64,000 nt of DNA from an uncultured Chthoniobacteraceae bacterium (GTDB lineage Bacteria > Verrucomicrobiota > Verrucomicrobiia > Chthoniobacterales > DYNR01): positions 85,605-149,604 of the forward strand of contig CAZQRL010000002.1 of assembly GCA_964595865.1 (NCBI GenBank), in the 5' to 3' direction. How positions within the stretch are numbered: the first letter of the stretch is position 1; each line of letters begins with the position of its first letter. The translations under genes and the position numbers were made by a program. Positions 7,605 through 18,032 of this stretch are shown one piece after another. The notes under the pieces are model-generated. The model did no database searches, had not been told where the DNA came from, and saw nothing but the letters and a program-made list of their open reading frames with translations.

Positions 7605-8543
7605 ATGACGCCCGCTCAAGAACGCCAAATCCAACTCCGGGTCGGCTTTTTTACCCTTTTGGGATTGGTCATCATCGGCTCGATGGTCACCTACTTCGGG
7701 CGACTGGGAGAAGGATTGAAGCGATTTTACGAGATCCGGGTAGAGTATCCTAACGCCAGCGGACTGCTGCGCGGGGCTGATGTCCTCATGGCCGGGGCCA
7801 AAATCGGTAAGGTTGCCGATGGACCCAACATTCTCCCCTCCGGCGAAGGCGTTTGGGTCACCCTCAAAATCTACGACACGGTCGAGATCCCGGCAAATTC
7901 TGTCTTCACGATCGGCAGCTCAGGCCTCCTGGGAGATCGCTTCGTGGATATTACCATGCAGCCCCAGGCTCAGCAGACTGGTCCGATTGAGCCCGGCCAA
8001 GTCATCCAAGGCAAGCGCGAGTCCGGCATGGGAGAGCTCGCCTCGGAAGGCGGAGCGATGCTGGCCGACATCCGCGAAGCCGTGCAAAAAATCAACCTCG
8101 TCGTTAACCGGATAAACTCCGAGCTGCTTACTCCCGCTACCATGGATAATCTCAACGCCTCCATGGCTAACCTCCGCCAAACCACCGCCTCCCTGGGACA
8201 AACCGCCCGCACTCTCGACCAGACCCTTAGCGATGCCTCAGGCAAGATTTCTTCCACCCTCGGGCAGGTGGAAAAAGTCGTTTCCAGCGCCGAGGGCATG
8301 GTCAGCGAAGGCAAAACCACCCTCAATCGGGCCACCGCCGCAGCGGAGGAAATCCGGGCCACCGCTGCCGAAGTCAAAGGCTTGGTCAAGGAGGCCCGCA
8401 GCGGGCGAGGTTTGGTAGCGACCTTGCTAAACGACCGCACTCTGGCAGACAATGTGCGGGCCCTGGTCCTCAATTTGAAACGCCACGGAATCCTTTTTTA
8501 TCGTGACCGCGCAGGCGAAGCGCCCGAAGCTTCCCGCCCCTAA
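7605..8543 (+). CDS. mlaD: MCE/MlaD-family substrate-binding protein
   Basis: N-terminal TM anchor (VGFFTLLGLVIIGSMVTYF), then an MCE-type beta-barrel region (YPNASGLLRGADVLMAGAKIGKV). The long Ala/Thr/Ser-rich helical C-terminus is also typical of the family. Confidence 0.8.
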   Translation: MTPAQERQIQLRVGFFTLLGLVIIGSMVTYFGRLGEGLKRFYEIRVEYPNASGLLRGADVLMAGAKIGKVADGPNILPSGEGVWVTLKIYDTVEIPANSVFTIGSSGLLGDRFVDITMQPQAQQTGPIEPGQVIQGKRESGMGELASEGGAMLADIREAVQKINLVVNRINSELLTPATMDNLNASMANLRQTTASLGQTARTLDQTLSDASGKISSTLGQVEKVVSSAEGMVSEGKTTLNRATAAAEEIRATAAEVKGLVKEARSGRGLVATLLNDRTLADNVRALVLNLKRHGILFYRDRAGEAPEASRP

Positions 8544-8554
8544 TCCATTTTCCC

Positions 8555-8845
8555 ATGCAAGCCGAAAAACTAGACGTCAACTACGTGGCCAACCTGGCCC
8601 GCCTGGACCTCACGCCGGACGAAGCCGCCGAGTTTCAAGGGCAACTTGAGCGGGTGCTGCAACACGTGTGCCAGCTGGACCGTCTCGACCTGACCAACGT
8701 CGAGCCGACCGCCCACGCGAACCCCGTTTTTAATGTCTTTGCCGCGGATACCCCACAGCAAGGTTTGGAAAAAGCAGCTGCCTTGGCGAATGCCCCCCGG
8801 CAAGCCAACGGCCTCTTCGTTATTACCAAAGTCATCGAAGCATGA
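8555..8845 (+). CDS. gatC: Asp-tRNA(Asn)/Glu-tRNA(Gln) amidotransferase subunit C
   Basis: A 96-aa protein with VANLARLDLTPDEAAEFQGQLERVLQHVCQLDRLD, typical of GatC. Overlaps the gatA start by 4 nt. Confidence 0.9.
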   Translation: MQAEKLDVNYVANLARLDLTPDEAAEFQGQLERVLQHVCQLDRLDLTNVEPTAHANPVFNVFAADTPQQGLEKAAALANAPRQANGLFVITKVIEA

Positions 8846-10302
8846 GCCTGCCCGCTTTCACCCTGCACGAGTTGCAGGCCAAGTTCCGGTCCCGTGAAAC
8901 AAATCCGGTCGAAGTCCTACGGGCTTTGCGCGACCGCATGGAACGCTTCGAACCCCAGCTTCAGGCCTTTCTCTCCTGGGACTTCGATCGGGCTTTGGCC
9001 GAAGCTGAAAATGCTGACCTGAATTTGCCCCTGGGGGGCTTGCCGGTGGCGATCAAAGACAACCTCAATGACCTCGGCCAACCCTGTACCTGTGGATCGA
9101 AAATTCTTGCCCCCTACCGCGCCCCTTACACTGCCACGGTGATTGAGCGCCTTCGGGCCGCCGGGGCCATCCCTTTTGGCAGGACGAATCTCGATGAGTT
9201 TGCCATGGGCAGCTCCACAGAAAATAGCGCCCTCCAAGTAACGAAAAATCCTTGGGACTTCAGCCGCATCCCCGGAGGTTCAAGCGGCGGCTCAGCCGCT
9301 GCCGTAGCGGCTCTGGAGGCCCTGGCGGCCTTGGGTTCCGATACCGGCGGCTCCATCCGGCAGCCCGCCGCACTCTGCGGAGTCGTCGGGCTCAAGCCGA
9401 GCTACGGGCGGGTTTCACGTTACGGTCTCGTGGCTTTCGCCTCTTCGCTCGATCAAATCGGTCCCTTCGCTCGTTCGACCCGCGACTGCGCTCTTTTGCT
9501 GCAAGCCATTGCCGGGCGCGATCCGCGGGACTCCACTTCGTTGGATCGCCCAGTTCCGGATTACACTGCCGGCCTGCGCACTGACCTGCGTGGAGTGCGC
9601 TTGGGAGTTCCCAAAGAATATTTCATTGATGGCATGGATCCGCGCGTCCGCAGCACCGTTGAGACTGCTCTGCGGCAATGCGAATCCTTGGGAGCGGAGC
9701 TGGTCGAGATCAGCCTGCCACACACCGAATATGCGGTGAGTGTTTATTACATTATCGCCACGGCTGAAGCCTCCTCGAATCTGGCCCGCTTCGACGGGGT
9801 GCGCTACGGCCACCGCACCTCGGCACCGCACGATGGCTTGCTGGAACACTACAAACAAACCCGCGAGGAAGGCTTTGGCAGCGAAGTAAAACGCCGCATC
9901 ATTCTCGGCACCTACGTCCTCAGTTCGGGCTACTACGATGCCTATTACCTCCGGGCGCAGAAGGTGCGCACCCTCATCCGGCGAGACTTCCAGCGCGCCT
10001 TCTCTCAAGTGGATGCGATTGTCTGCCCGACCTCGCCCGAGGCAGCCTTCCTGGTCGGCGAGCGCACCCAAGATCCCCTGCGCATGTATTTGGCCGACAT
10101 CTTCACCATTGCCACCAACCTTGCGGGGATTTGCGGGCTCAGCGTTCCAGCTGGGTTTATCGAGGAGGCCGGGCATCAACTCCCGGTGGGGCTGCAATTC
10201 CTCGGCGATGATTTTGCCGAAGACCGCCTGCTCGGCATCGCCCATGCCTACGAACAGTCCGTCTCTTTTTCCCGAGCTGTCTCACCTCTCACCCCGATCT
10301 GA
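8842..10302 (+). CDS. gatA: Glutamyl-tRNA(Gln) amidotransferase subunit A
   Basis: Amidase signature GGSSGGSAAAVA and GSDTGGSIRQPAA; length 486 aa; directly follows gatC. Confidence 0.95.
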   Translation: MSLPAFTLHELQAKFRSRETNPVEVLRALRDRMERFEPQLQAFLSWDFDRALAEAENADLNLPLGGLPVAIKDNLNDLGQPCTCGSKILAPYRAPYTATVIERLRAAGAIPFGRTNLDEFAMGSSTENSALQVTKNPWDFSRIPGGSSGGSAAAVAALEALAALGSDTGGSIRQPAALCGVVGLKPSYGRVSRYGLVAFASSLDQIGPFARSTRDCALLLQAIAGRDPRDSTSLDRPVPDYTAGLRTDLRGVRLGVPKEYFIDGMDPRVRSTVETALRQCESLGAELVEISLPHTEYAVSVYYIIATAEASSNLARFDGVRYGHRTSAPHDGLLEHYKQTREEGFGSEVKRRIILGTYVLSSGYYDAYYLRAQKVRTLIRRDFQRAFSQVDAIVCPTSPEAAFLVGERTQDPLRMYLADIFTIATNLAGICGLSVPAGFIEEAGHQLPVGLQFLGDDFAEDRLLGIAHAYEQSVSFSRAVSPLTPI

Positions 10303-11002
10303 TCTTCCTCCGCAGCTCACGCGGGAGTTTTTCACCCAGACTCCCCTGCGCTGCGCGCGCTTATTGATCGGGGCAGTCTGGCGGCACGGAGAGCATTGGG
10401 TGCGTATCGTTGAGACCGAGGCCTACGACGCCGTTGGAGACCCTGCTTGCCACACCTTCACCCGGCCCTCTGCCCGGCAGTTTCTTACTGAACACCCCGC
10501 CGGAACCGCCTATGTCTATTTGAATTACGGCGTTCACTGGCTCTTCAACATCCTGGTAAAAGGGACTTCGCGGGAAGGATTCGTCCTTTTCCGGGCGGTG
10601 GAAATTTTTATGAACCAAGAGCCCTCTCACGACCCCCGCCTGGGTGCTGGCCCCGCGAAACTCACCCGCTGCCTGGGAATTGATGGCTCCTGGCATGGTC
10701 GGGACTTGTTTCATCCGGACTCCGGCGTGGCGTTTTTCCTTCCAGCCCGCTGCACCGCAGTGGCCTCGCCTCGCATCGGCATCAGCCGCGGACAGCACCT
10801 ACCCTGGCGATTCTCCCTGCCGCATCATCCCGCGGTTTCGATTCCACCACGCACGGAGTTGCCCCGCCCCCCACAGGACCAAAAGACAAAAAATAGCCGC
10901 CAGCGCCCAGGCATAACTCGGCGCAAAAGTGAACCGATAGCGGAAGAGATCCAACGAATGGGTCAGGCTCACGGCAAACGCATTTCCCGCCGGCAAAGAT
11001 AA
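10244..11002 (+). CDS. mpg: DNA-3-methyladenine glycosylase (Mpg/AAG family) with C-terminal extension
   Basis: VETEAYDAVGDPACHTF, AYVYLNYGVHWLFNI and [14 protein letters not shown] are Mpg/AAG-family motifs. The first in-frame ATG is 10244 (59-nt overlap with the gatA 3' end), and the start is uncertain. The frame stays open until 11002, about 60 codons beyond the usual family C-terminus. Confidence 0.7.
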   Translation: MPTNSPSLFPELSHLSPRSDLPPQLTREFFTQTPLRCARLLIGAVWRHGEHWVRIVETEAYDAVGDPACHTFTRPSARQFLTEHPAGTAYVYLNYGVHWLFNILVKGTSREGFVLFRAVEIFMNQEPSHDPRLGAGPAKLTRCLGIDGSWHGRDLFHPDSGVAFFLPARCTAVASPRIGISRGQHLPWRFSLPHHPAVSIPPRTELPRPPQDQKTKNSRQRPGITRRKSEPIAEEIQRMGQAHGKRISRRQR

Positions 11003-12472
11003 GAAGTAGGCTGCTGCGAGGCCGGGCCAGAACCAATCCTGATAGCCCCAAGGCAGGGCAGCCCACCACAACAGAAATCCCGCCAGAAGAAAGGGAGCCA
11101 GCCGGGCCAGGCTCTCTGCGATCCATCCGAGGAAAAGCGGGCGGGGTTGCGCCGGAGGAACTGCGGCTTTGAGAAAGGACTGGCGATTACTCTGCAGAAG
11201 CGCCTGAGAGATCTCGCCCGGACCGTAGCGGAAGTATTTTTCTAACTCACCACCAGTGCGCTCCCAATAACGAGGCCAATCAGCCTGCCGTGCGGCAAAA
11301 ATGCGCGGCTCAGGACGCAAAAAGTAGTCGAATTGCCCCCAGACTTTCTCAGCCATTGGCAGGGGAAATTTCATCCAAGCTAGGAAATACCCGCGCTTGT
11401 GGAAGGCGATCCCCTCCTCCATGCCCACCCCTGCCTCACCTAGGGGCCGATTCAAAGAACTGCGATACATTAGGTAATCCGAATCTAAACCCAGTCGTTT
11501 ATACCATCCGGCATCTTGCCGCGCCGTCGCCAACTCCCTGCGAAAATTCTCAACGAATTTTTCCAGCCCCTCCCGGCCCAGCACTCCGCCAGCCGTCCGC
11601 CCTTTGGCCAGCTCATCTTCCCAAGCCGCCAAGACCCAAGGCGCGTGAATCGTCGTCAAGGTCATCGGCAGAAATGTTCGCGAGGCGTCATCTTCCTGCA
11701 GCCAATGTTGGTAAAACGCCGAAGCACCGCCCCAGAAGATCACCCCCATAACCAGGCTGCTCGCGACAACCCAGCGCGCTCGCGCAATTGACCAGCCGAT
11801 GGCCACGAAAACCCAAGTCCCCGCCGCCGCAAAAATCCAGCTCGGCTTCAATGCCAGGGCCATCCATGCGAAAGCCAAAGCCCCCACGGCGTTCAGCGCC
11901 AGCCCCCAAATCTCCCAAGAGGACCATTTTTCCTTCGTCGCGAGCCGCTGCAAACGCCCGAGGTAGTCCATCCCGCAGGCGAGTTGACCGAAGACAAAGA
12001 AGCCCAGCACCGCCTCAGGCCGGAGATCATTCTCTTGCATCCAGACGTGGGGATTAAACATCCACAGCGAGCTAATCGCTCCCCCCACAACGACCAATCC
12101 CCACCAGACCCAAAGGGAAAACTCCCTGCCAAAGCACAAAACCCGCAGCCATCGCAACCAAGCGGTCCAGGCCAGGACTGCTCCGCCAAGCCCGAAGAGA
12201 TGCTGATAAAATGGCACCCGTTCCAGGCCTCCGCCACTTTGGAGGAACAGCAGCAGCAAGGATGGATAAAACCCATGTCGCCCGTGCATCTGTTGAAAAG
12301 GGCCCCCATCCAGCCAAGATAGCGCCGGGTAGAGGTAGCCCCAAGTGTCAGGATCCCAGAGCGGCAGGGAGGGTTGCAGCGGGCGAAAAAGCCAGGAAAC
12401 AACTAACAGCGCCACCCCGGAGAAATAAACCCATCTCTCCCGAGCTGAGCCGACGAGGCGTTCCTTCACCAC
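10799..12472 (-). CDS. Polytopic membrane protein, GT-C-like (possible glycosyltransferase)
   Basis: 557 aa with about a dozen hydrophobic helices. An early acidic loop motif WDPDTWGY resembles the first-loop motif of GT-C enzymes. The GTG start overlaps the dapL stop by 7 nt. Family not verified. Confidence 0.7.
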   Translation of the reverse strand: MVKERLVGSARERWVYFSGVALLVVSWLFRPLQPSLPLWDPDTWGYLYPALSWLDGGPFQQMHGRHGFYPSLLLLFLQSGGGLERVPFYQHLFGLGGAVLAWTAWLRWLRVLCFGREFSLWVWWGLVVVGGAISSLWMFNPHVWMQENDLRPEAVLGFFVFGQLACGMDYLGRLQRLATKEKWSSWEIWGLALNAVGALAFAWMALALKPSWIFAAAGTWVFVAIGWSIARARWVVASSLVMGVIFWGGASAFYQHWLQEDDASRTFLPMTLTTIHAPWVLAAWEDELAKGRTAGGVLGREGLEKFVENFRRELATARQDAGWYKRLGLDSDYLMYRSSLNRPLGEAGVGMEEGIAFHKRGYFLAWMKFPLPMAEKVWGQFDYFLRPEPRIFAARQADWPRYWERTGGELEKYFRYGPGEISQALLQSNRQSFLKAAVPPAQPRPLFLGWIAESLARLAPFLLAGFLLWWAALPWGYQDWFWPGLAAAYFLSLPAGNAFAVSLTHSLDLFRYRFTFAPSYAWALAAIFCLLVLWGAGQLRAWWNRNRGMMRQGESPG

Positions 12473-13704
12473 CGCAGATTGCCGAAACGCTCTGCCGCCT
12501 CTGTGGCCTTTTCCCGACTGTTGAAGGCAGACACCCGGAAGTAGCCCTCACCAGCACGGCCAAAGCCACTTCCCGGAGTAATGACGACATTCGCCTTCTC
12601 CAGGACATGGTCAAATGCCTGCCAGCTGGTCCAACCTGGCGGACAAGCCACCCACAAGTAAGGAGCATTACCACCCCCATAAACTTTTAACCCCGCTGCC
12701 TCCAAAGCCGCCTGCAGAATCCGAGCGTTTTCCAAGTAATGCTCAATCAGCGCCCGGGTTTGTTTTCGCCCTGCTTCAGTGTAAAGCGCCGCCGCACCTC
12801 GCTGCGTGATGTAGCTCACGCCATTAAACTTGGTGGTGAAACGACGATGCCACAGGGGATGCAGCGGTCGGAATTGCCCTTGGTCATCCGCCGCCTCCAA
12901 GGCCTTCGGCACGACGGTGAAACCACAGCGCACCCCTGTGAACCCGCCATTTTTGGAGAAACTGCGGAATTCGATAGCGCATCGCTCTGCTCCAGGAATC
13001 TCGTAGATCGAGTGCGGTAGATCTGGATCCTGGATATACGCCTCGTAAGCTGCATCGTAAAAAAGAATCGCCCGGTGCTCCAGCGCATAGGCCACCCAGG
13101 CCTGGAGTTGCGCCCGGGTCGCCACCGCTCCGGTCGGGTTATTCGGGAAACAAAGATACACCAAGTCTGCTCGCTCCGTAGGCACCTCCGGGACGAATCC
13201 ATTCTCCACCGTCCCCGGCAAATACAGCAGCCCCTCGTAGCTGCCATCCTCCCGTGCCGGTCCCGTGTGCCCCACCATCACGTTGGTGTCCACATAGACC
13301 GGATAGACCGGGTCCATTACCGCAATGCGGTTGTCCGCTCCAAAAATATCGAGAATCGCCCCGCCATCACATTTCGAGCCATCGGAAACGAAGATTTCTT
13401 CATCCGCCACAGTCAGGCCACGGCTGCGATAATCCCCCTCCGCAATCGCCCGACGCAGAAACTCATAACCCTGCTCCGGACCATACCCTTTGAAAGTCTC
13501 CCGCACGCCCAACTCCGCCACCGCTGCGACCATCGCCTCCCGCGCGGCCTGCGGCAATGGCTCCGTCACGTCCCCGATCCCGCAGCGTATCAAACGCCCC
13601 GCAACTTCCGGATGCGCTTGCGTGAAGGCAGTCACCCGGCGATTGATCTCGGGAAAAAGATACCCGGCTTTGAGTTTGAGATAATTGGAATTCAGTGTGG
13701 CCAT
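12466..13704 (-). CDS. dapL: LL-diaminopimelate aminotransferase
   Basis: The N-terminus [24 protein letters not shown] is the characteristic DapL start. Class-I aminotransferase body with [14 protein letters not shown] (PLP lysine region). Confidence 0.9.
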   Translation of the reverse strand: MATLNSNYLKLKAGYLFPEINRRVTAFTQAHPEVAGRLIRCGIGDVTEPLPQAAREAMVAAVAELGVRETFKGYGPEQGYEFLRRAIAEGDYRSRGLTVADEEIFVSDGSKCDGGAILDIFGADNRIAVMDPVYPVYVDTNVMVGHTGPAREDGSYEGLLYLPGTVENGFVPEVPTERADLVYLCFPNNPTGAVATRAQLQAWVAYALEHRAILFYDAAYEAYIQDPDLPHSIYEIPGAERCAIEFRSFSKNGGFTGVRCGFTVVPKALEAADDQGQFRPLHPLWHRRFTTKFNGVSYITQRGAAALYTEAGRKQTRALIEHYLENARILQAALEAAGLKVYGGGNAPYLWVACPPGWTSWQAFDHVLEKANVVITPGSGFGRAGEGYFRVSAFNSREKATEAAERFGNLRW

Positions 13705-13762
13705 AGAAAATTGTCGCGGTCAGACGTCCCATCGGCGTTACTGCCCGGGATTTGCCTGAAGT

Positions 13763-13839
13763 TGGTCGGGGCGACAGGATTCGAACCTGCGACCTCGTGG
13801 TCCCAAACCACGCGCTCTACCAAGCTAAGCTACGCCCCG
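13763..13839 (-). tRNA. tRNA-Pro (anticodon TGG), CCA encoded
   Basis: Reverse complement: CGGGGCG TA GCTT AGCTTGGTA GAGC G CGTGG TTTGGGA CCACG AGGTC GCAGG TTCGAAT CCTGT CGCCCCG A CCA. It folds by hand into a full cloverleaf with a 7-bp acceptor stem, a TTCGAAT T-loop and the anticodon loop TT-TGG-GA. Confidence 0.9.
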
Positions 13840-14056
13840 GGTTATCTGCTGTTCGGCAGGGAGAGACCTGGTGCGCCAGGAGCTTTCGGGAGAGCTTTTT
13901 CCGGCAGGTCTTCCCGTGCTAAGTGAGCAGCATCCCCACGCCGCGTCAAGCTCGGGAGCAAGCTCGTTCGATGCAGGCAAACCTCAGGCGGAGTGCCGGC
14001 AAGTCGTGAATGGACTTGCGCGGGCCTGCAGGACTGGAAATGATGCAGCCTGCGTT

Positions 14057-14914
14057 ATGCCCACCCCGCGTGTTGCCTGCCTCGGTCCAGAAGGGACCTT
14101 CTCCCATCTGTTGGCACGGCAAAGATTTGGCACGGATGCGGAGATCTTGCCTTTGGAATCCCTGGATAAGGTTTTTTCTCATTTGGAGGAAAACCCTCAG
14201 TCTCTGGCCGTGGTGCCGATCGAGAATTCCTCGGGAGGCACAATCACTGAGACGATTGATTTACTTATCGAAGCGCGGGAACGGATCGAGGTGCGGGAAG
14301 ATCTGACGCTGGATGTGCGCCTGGCGCTCTTAGGACATCCGGGGAAACCGGTGCGGGAAATTTTCTCCCACTTTGTTCCTCTGCGCCATCATCGGGATTG
14401 GCTGCGGCAAGAGTTCCCCCAAGCCCGATTGACCTCTGTGGCTAGCACGGCCGTGGCCGCTCGCCGCGCTTTGTCCCGCCCCACTGCTGCGGCTCTGGCC
14501 AGCCCGGGAGTCGCCGCTTTGGTGCCGCTGCAGGTTCTCCGCTATCCCATTTGTCCCGAGGAGATCAATATCACGCGCTTCTACATCCTCAGCTCACGGG
14601 GAAAATGGCGGCTGCCTCGCAAAGGAGCCCCCACCGGACCGAAACTGGAAAAAACAGCACTGCTGGTGCGACTGAAAAATCAATGTGGTTCGTTGCACGG
14701 CTTGTTGGGGAGCTTCGCTCGCAGCCGCATAAATTTGCGGATGATCGTTTCCCGCCCCGTGCCGGGACATCCAGAGACTTACGTGTTTTATCTTGAAGTT
14801 GAGGGCCATGCGGAGAGGCCGCCGCTCAAGGAAGCTCTGGCGCGAGCCGGCAAACGTTGCCTGAGCTTGCAATCCCTCGGCACCTTCCCCATCGGACGCC
14901 GCTTTCAGTCCTAA
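14057..14914 (+). CDS. pheA: Prephenate dehydratase (with C-terminal ACT domain)
   Basis: MPTPRVACLGPEGTFSHLLARQ and VVPIENSSGGTITETIDLL are PDT-domain motifs. The C-terminal ACT-like region is TALLVRLKNQCGSLHGLLGSFA. ATG 14057 was chosen because the upstream part of the track ORF has no PDT similarity. Confidence 0.85.
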   Translation: MPTPRVACLGPEGTFSHLLARQRFGTDAEILPLESLDKVFSHLEENPQSLAVVPIENSSGGTITETIDLLIEARERIEVREDLTLDVRLALLGHPGKPVREIFSHFVPLRHHRDWLRQEFPQARLTSVASTAVAARRALSRPTAAALASPGVAALVPLQVLRYPICPEEINITRFYILSSRGKWRLPRKGAPTGPKLEKTALLVRLKNQCGSLHGLLGSFARSRINLRMIVSRPVPGHPETYVFYLEVEGHAERPPLKEALARAGKRCLSLQSLGTFPIGRRFQS

Positions 14915-14922
14915 TCCGCTCC

Positions 14923-16188
14923 ATGCTCAAGAAGGTCATCCTCACCAACACCAACACCAATCGCAGCACGGCGGTAATGGTGGATACGACGGATGACGAC
15001 CGGGCGGTATTCGGTTCTGGTAAAGCACCGAATGAGACGGCCAAGGTCCTGAGCGTCACCGGGGTGGATGAGTGGCTGGAGCGCACCACGGGCAAGAAGC
15101 CAAGCTTGGAGGAACGCGTGGCGCTGTTTGCCGGGCTGGGGCGCTGCTTGGAGCGCAATATCTCGACGATCAAAAGCTTGCAGCTCATGGCCGGGCGCAT
15201 GTCTTCACCGCGCTATCGCGGCGCGATCGCACAAATCGTGGCCAAGCTGCAAGAGGGCGACAAAATCAGCGATGCCATGGCCGATCACCCGGACCTTTTC
15301 AGCGAGGAGACCCTAGCCCTGGTGCGGGCCGGAGAGGAGTCTGGTCGGCTGCCCGAGATCTTCAAACAGATAGCCAATACCCAAGGCAAAACTGTGCGCA
15401 TCCTCAATAAATTGCGCGCCGGAATGATCTATCCTGCGATCGTTTTGGTAATGGCCGTCGGGGTGATCATCGTCATGAGCTTCACGCTCATTCCGGCCAT
15501 TTCCAAACTTTACGGCTCGATGAACGTGGATTTGCCACTGGCCACGCGTATCATGGTCGGCATCTCCTCCATCCTGGTTTCCCAACCATGGACGGTCATT
15601 TTTCCGATAGGAGGAGTCTATCTCATCCTGAAAAAGTGGGGGAAAATTTACGGGATCCCCCAGGTGCAGCGAGCGTTCATCAAGATGCCGGTCCTTGGCC
15701 CGTTGATTCGCAAGTCGGCGGCGACGGTGAGTTTCCGCTGTTTGGCCACCTTGATGCAGGCCAACGTGCGCATTATGTCCGCCCTGGAGATCACCGCACA
15801 AAGCTCCCCCCACGTGGATTTCCGGGAGTTTTTCCTACGGGTGCGACATCATGTGTCCGATGGCACTTCCCTGCCGGAGGCCTTCCTCATGGAGTCGCAC
15901 TGGATGGGTGAGGACGGACGGATCATTGCCGCGATGATTCAAATCGCCGCCGAGACGGGGGCCGCCACGGAGATGTTGGACGAGATCGCCACCGACTACG
16001 AGGAGGAGTTGGATGTGATGGCCAATCAAATAGACAAAATCATCGAGCCATTCACGATCATGGTCATGGGAACCATTGTGGGCTTTCTCATCTATGCCAT
16101 CTATGGCCCGATCTTCAATTTGAGCCGGGTCGTCTTGCCCCAAAAGCCGGGCGGTGGCGCGAGCAGCGTGGCCGCACCAGCGCGATGA
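14923..16188 (+). CDS. Type II secretion / type IV pilus platform protein (GspF/PilC family), orphan
   Basis: Two T2SSF-type repeats: ISDAMADHPDLFSEETLALVRAGEESGRLPEIF...IYPAIVLVMAVGVIIVM and LPEAFLMESHWMGEDGRIIAAMIQIAAETGAATEML...PFTIMVMGTIVGFLIYAIYGPIF. ATG 14923 lies 8 nt after the pheA stop. The stop overlaps the next gene's start (ATGA). Confidence 0.8.
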   Translation: MLKKVILTNTNTNRSTAVMVDTTDDDRAVFGSGKAPNETAKVLSVTGVDEWLERTTGKKPSLEERVALFAGLGRCLERNISTIKSLQLMAGRMSSPRYRGAIAQIVAKLQEGDKISDAMADHPDLFSEETLALVRAGEESGRLPEIFKQIANTQGKTVRILNKLRAGMIYPAIVLVMAVGVIIVMSFTLIPAISKLYGSMNVDLPLATRIMVGISSILVSQPWTVIFPIGGVYLILKKWGKIYGIPQVQRAFIKMPVLGPLIRKSAATVSFRCLATLMQANVRIMSALEITAQSSPHVDFREFFLRVRHHVSDGTSLPEAFLMESHWMGEDGRIIAAMIQIAAETGAATEMLDEIATDYEEELDVMANQIDKIIEPFTIMVMGTIVGFLIYAIYGPIFNLSRVVLPQKPGGGASSVAAPAR

Positions 16189-18032
16189 CGCTAAGCTCCT
16201 TCGATTCTGCCGCCAATCTTCCGGCGGACTTCAAATCTGGCTTTACCATCTATGCCAAGGCGCTGCTGATCTTTTCCCTGGCGCTCCTGCTGCTTTTTGG
16301 GGCTCTCTTCTTTCTCACCGAAGGGGTGATCCTCAGCCAATTTAGCGAGGTCGAGCAGCAGCAAACTCTCGAAGAAGTGCGTCAGGTGGCTTATTTGTTT
16401 GAGCAGGAAAACGTGGCTCTGGCCTCCATTGCGGCCGATTGGGCGGAATGGGATGAGGTGTATGCTTTCGTGTGCGGCAATTCACCGGACTTTCCCAAAC
16501 TCAACCTGAATGCGGAATCCATTGAAAATCTGCGGGTGGATTTTTTGGGAATCTGGAACGAGCAAGACCAGCTTCAAGCTTTGGTGGGGCAGAATTCCGA
16601 TCCCCTACCCCCTGGCTTCGGCGATGAGATCCTGGCCGAGCTGCAGACGGAAAAACTTTTCACCTCTCCGCAAAGCGAGCAGGGCGCCAACGGGATGATC
16701 ATGCTCGACCGGCAAATCGCTTCCGTCGCGGTCAATAGCATCACCGATAGCAGTCGCACCCAGCCGCCGAGGGGATTCTTGGTCGTAGGGAGAATTTGGA
16801 ATCCGGGGCGTCTTTCTGCCATGTTGCCTCCCGGCAGTGGCACACTCTCGGTCCTGCATCTCGGTCGAGCCCTTTCAGACCCCACCTGGAGGGAGGCGAC
16901 GATCCGCCTGCTCGCCAGCGGAGAGCCGGTGGTTCTCGCGCCCAATGAGGATTTCATTCTCGGCCTGATGTTGCTTCGCACTCCGGAAGGCACGCCGCTC
17001 GCCGCCATGGTCCTGCAGCAGGACCGCAAACTTTTCCGCATCGCGAACCGCAGCGCGAGAATCTTCCTCCTCGCCATGACTGCCGCCGGCGGCAGCGTGA
17101 TTATTTTGCTCTGGCTAGTGATTGATCGGAATATCCTCCGCCGCGTCGGGCAGATTGATCAGGCCGTGCGGGCGTTTCGCACCCTGGGGGAATTTCCCGC
17201 CGGCCTCGATATTGAGCGCCGCGATGAGTTAGGGCATTTGGCCCGGGGAATTCAAGACCTGGCTTTTTCCTTGCAGGAGTCCGAACGCGCCCTGCGCGAT
17301 CTGTCCGTAAGGCTTTTGCAGTTGCAAGATGAAGAACGCCGTCGCATCGCCCGCGAATTGCACGATTCCACCGCGCAAAACCTCTCGGCACTCGAGATGA
17401 ACCTCTCTCTTTTGCAAAAGGCCCAAGACTTCACCGCGCCCTCTTATCGGAACCTCGTAAGCAATAGCCGGGAAATCGCCGAGGCCTGCTCGCGGGAAAT
17501 CCGCACCATTTCCTACCTGCTGCATCCACCGCTTTTGGATGAGGTGGGACTTGTTTTTGCCATTCGCTGGTTCGTCGAAGGTTTCGTCACGCGCACCGGC
17601 ATCCGTGTGACCTTAAACTTACCGGAGGATTTTCCCCGCCTGGCCCCGGAACTGGAGACGTCCCTCTTCCGCATCGTGCAAGAAGGATTGACCAACATTT
17701 ATCGGCACTCCGGCAGTTCCACTGCCGAGGTGACCTTGCGCGTGGATTCCGCCTTAATCTACCTGGAAATTCGTGACGCTGGCCATGGGTTCAAAAACCT
17801 TCCTTTCAGCTCAGTTCCCCGGCCGGGCTTGGGGCTGATGGGGATGCAAGAGCGGGTGCGGCAACTGCGCGGGAAGTTCACTCTCGACTCCGACGCCACC
17901 GGCACGCGAGTGCAAGTTTCTTTCCCCGTATCCGAGGCACTGCGCCCTCCTCCGCCAAGTATCTCAGACGATGCCCTGCTCCGGGATGACCTTGACAGCC
18001 CTGCGTCTCCCTCCGCAGCATCCGCGCCATGA
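16185..18032 (+). CDS. Sensor histidine kinase: TM - CHASE4-like domain - TM - HAMP - HisKA_3 - HATPase
   Basis: The CHASE4-like signature is IAADWAEWDEVYAFV, with two TM helices. The HAMP region is around RRVGQIDQAVRAF...LGHLARGIQDL. The HisKA_3 H-box is RIARELHDSTAQNLSAL. The ATPase G-box is GLGLMGMQERV. Confidence 0.85.
   Translation: MTLSSFDSAANLPADFKSGFTIYAKALLIFSLALLLLFGALFFLTEGVILSQFSEVEQQQTLEEVRQVAYLFEQENVALASIAADWAEWDEVYAFVCGNSPDFPKLNLNAESIENLRVDFLGIWNEQDQLQALVGQNSDPLPPGFGDEILAELQTEKLFTSPQSEQGANGMIMLDRQIASVAVNSITDSSRTQPPRGFLVVGRIWNPGRLSAMLPPGSGTLSVLHLGRALSDPTWREATIRLLASGEPVVLAPNEDFILGLMLLRTPEGTPLAAMVLQQDRKLFRIANRSARIFLLAMTAAGGSVIILLWLVIDRNILRRVGQIDQAVRAFRTLGEFPAGLDIERRDELGHLARGIQDLAFSLQESERALRDLSVRLLQLQDEERRRIARELHDSTAQNLSALEMNLSLLQKAQDFTAPSYRNLVSNSREIAEACSREIRTISYLLHPPLLDEVGLVFAIRWFVEGFVTRTGIRVTLNLPEDFPRLAPELETSLFRIVQEGLTNIYRHSGSSTAEVTLRVDSALIYLEIRDAGHGFKNLPFSSVPRPGLGLMGMQERVRQLRGKFTLDSDATGTRVQVSFPVSEALRPPPPSISDDALLRDDLDSPASPSAASAP

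Noticed and set aside
13871-14056. 62-codon N-terminal extension of the pheA ORF
   Set aside because: It has no similarity to chorismate mutase or PDT domains. The conserved PDT N-terminus (RVACLGPEGTFS) begins right after the internal ATG 14057.
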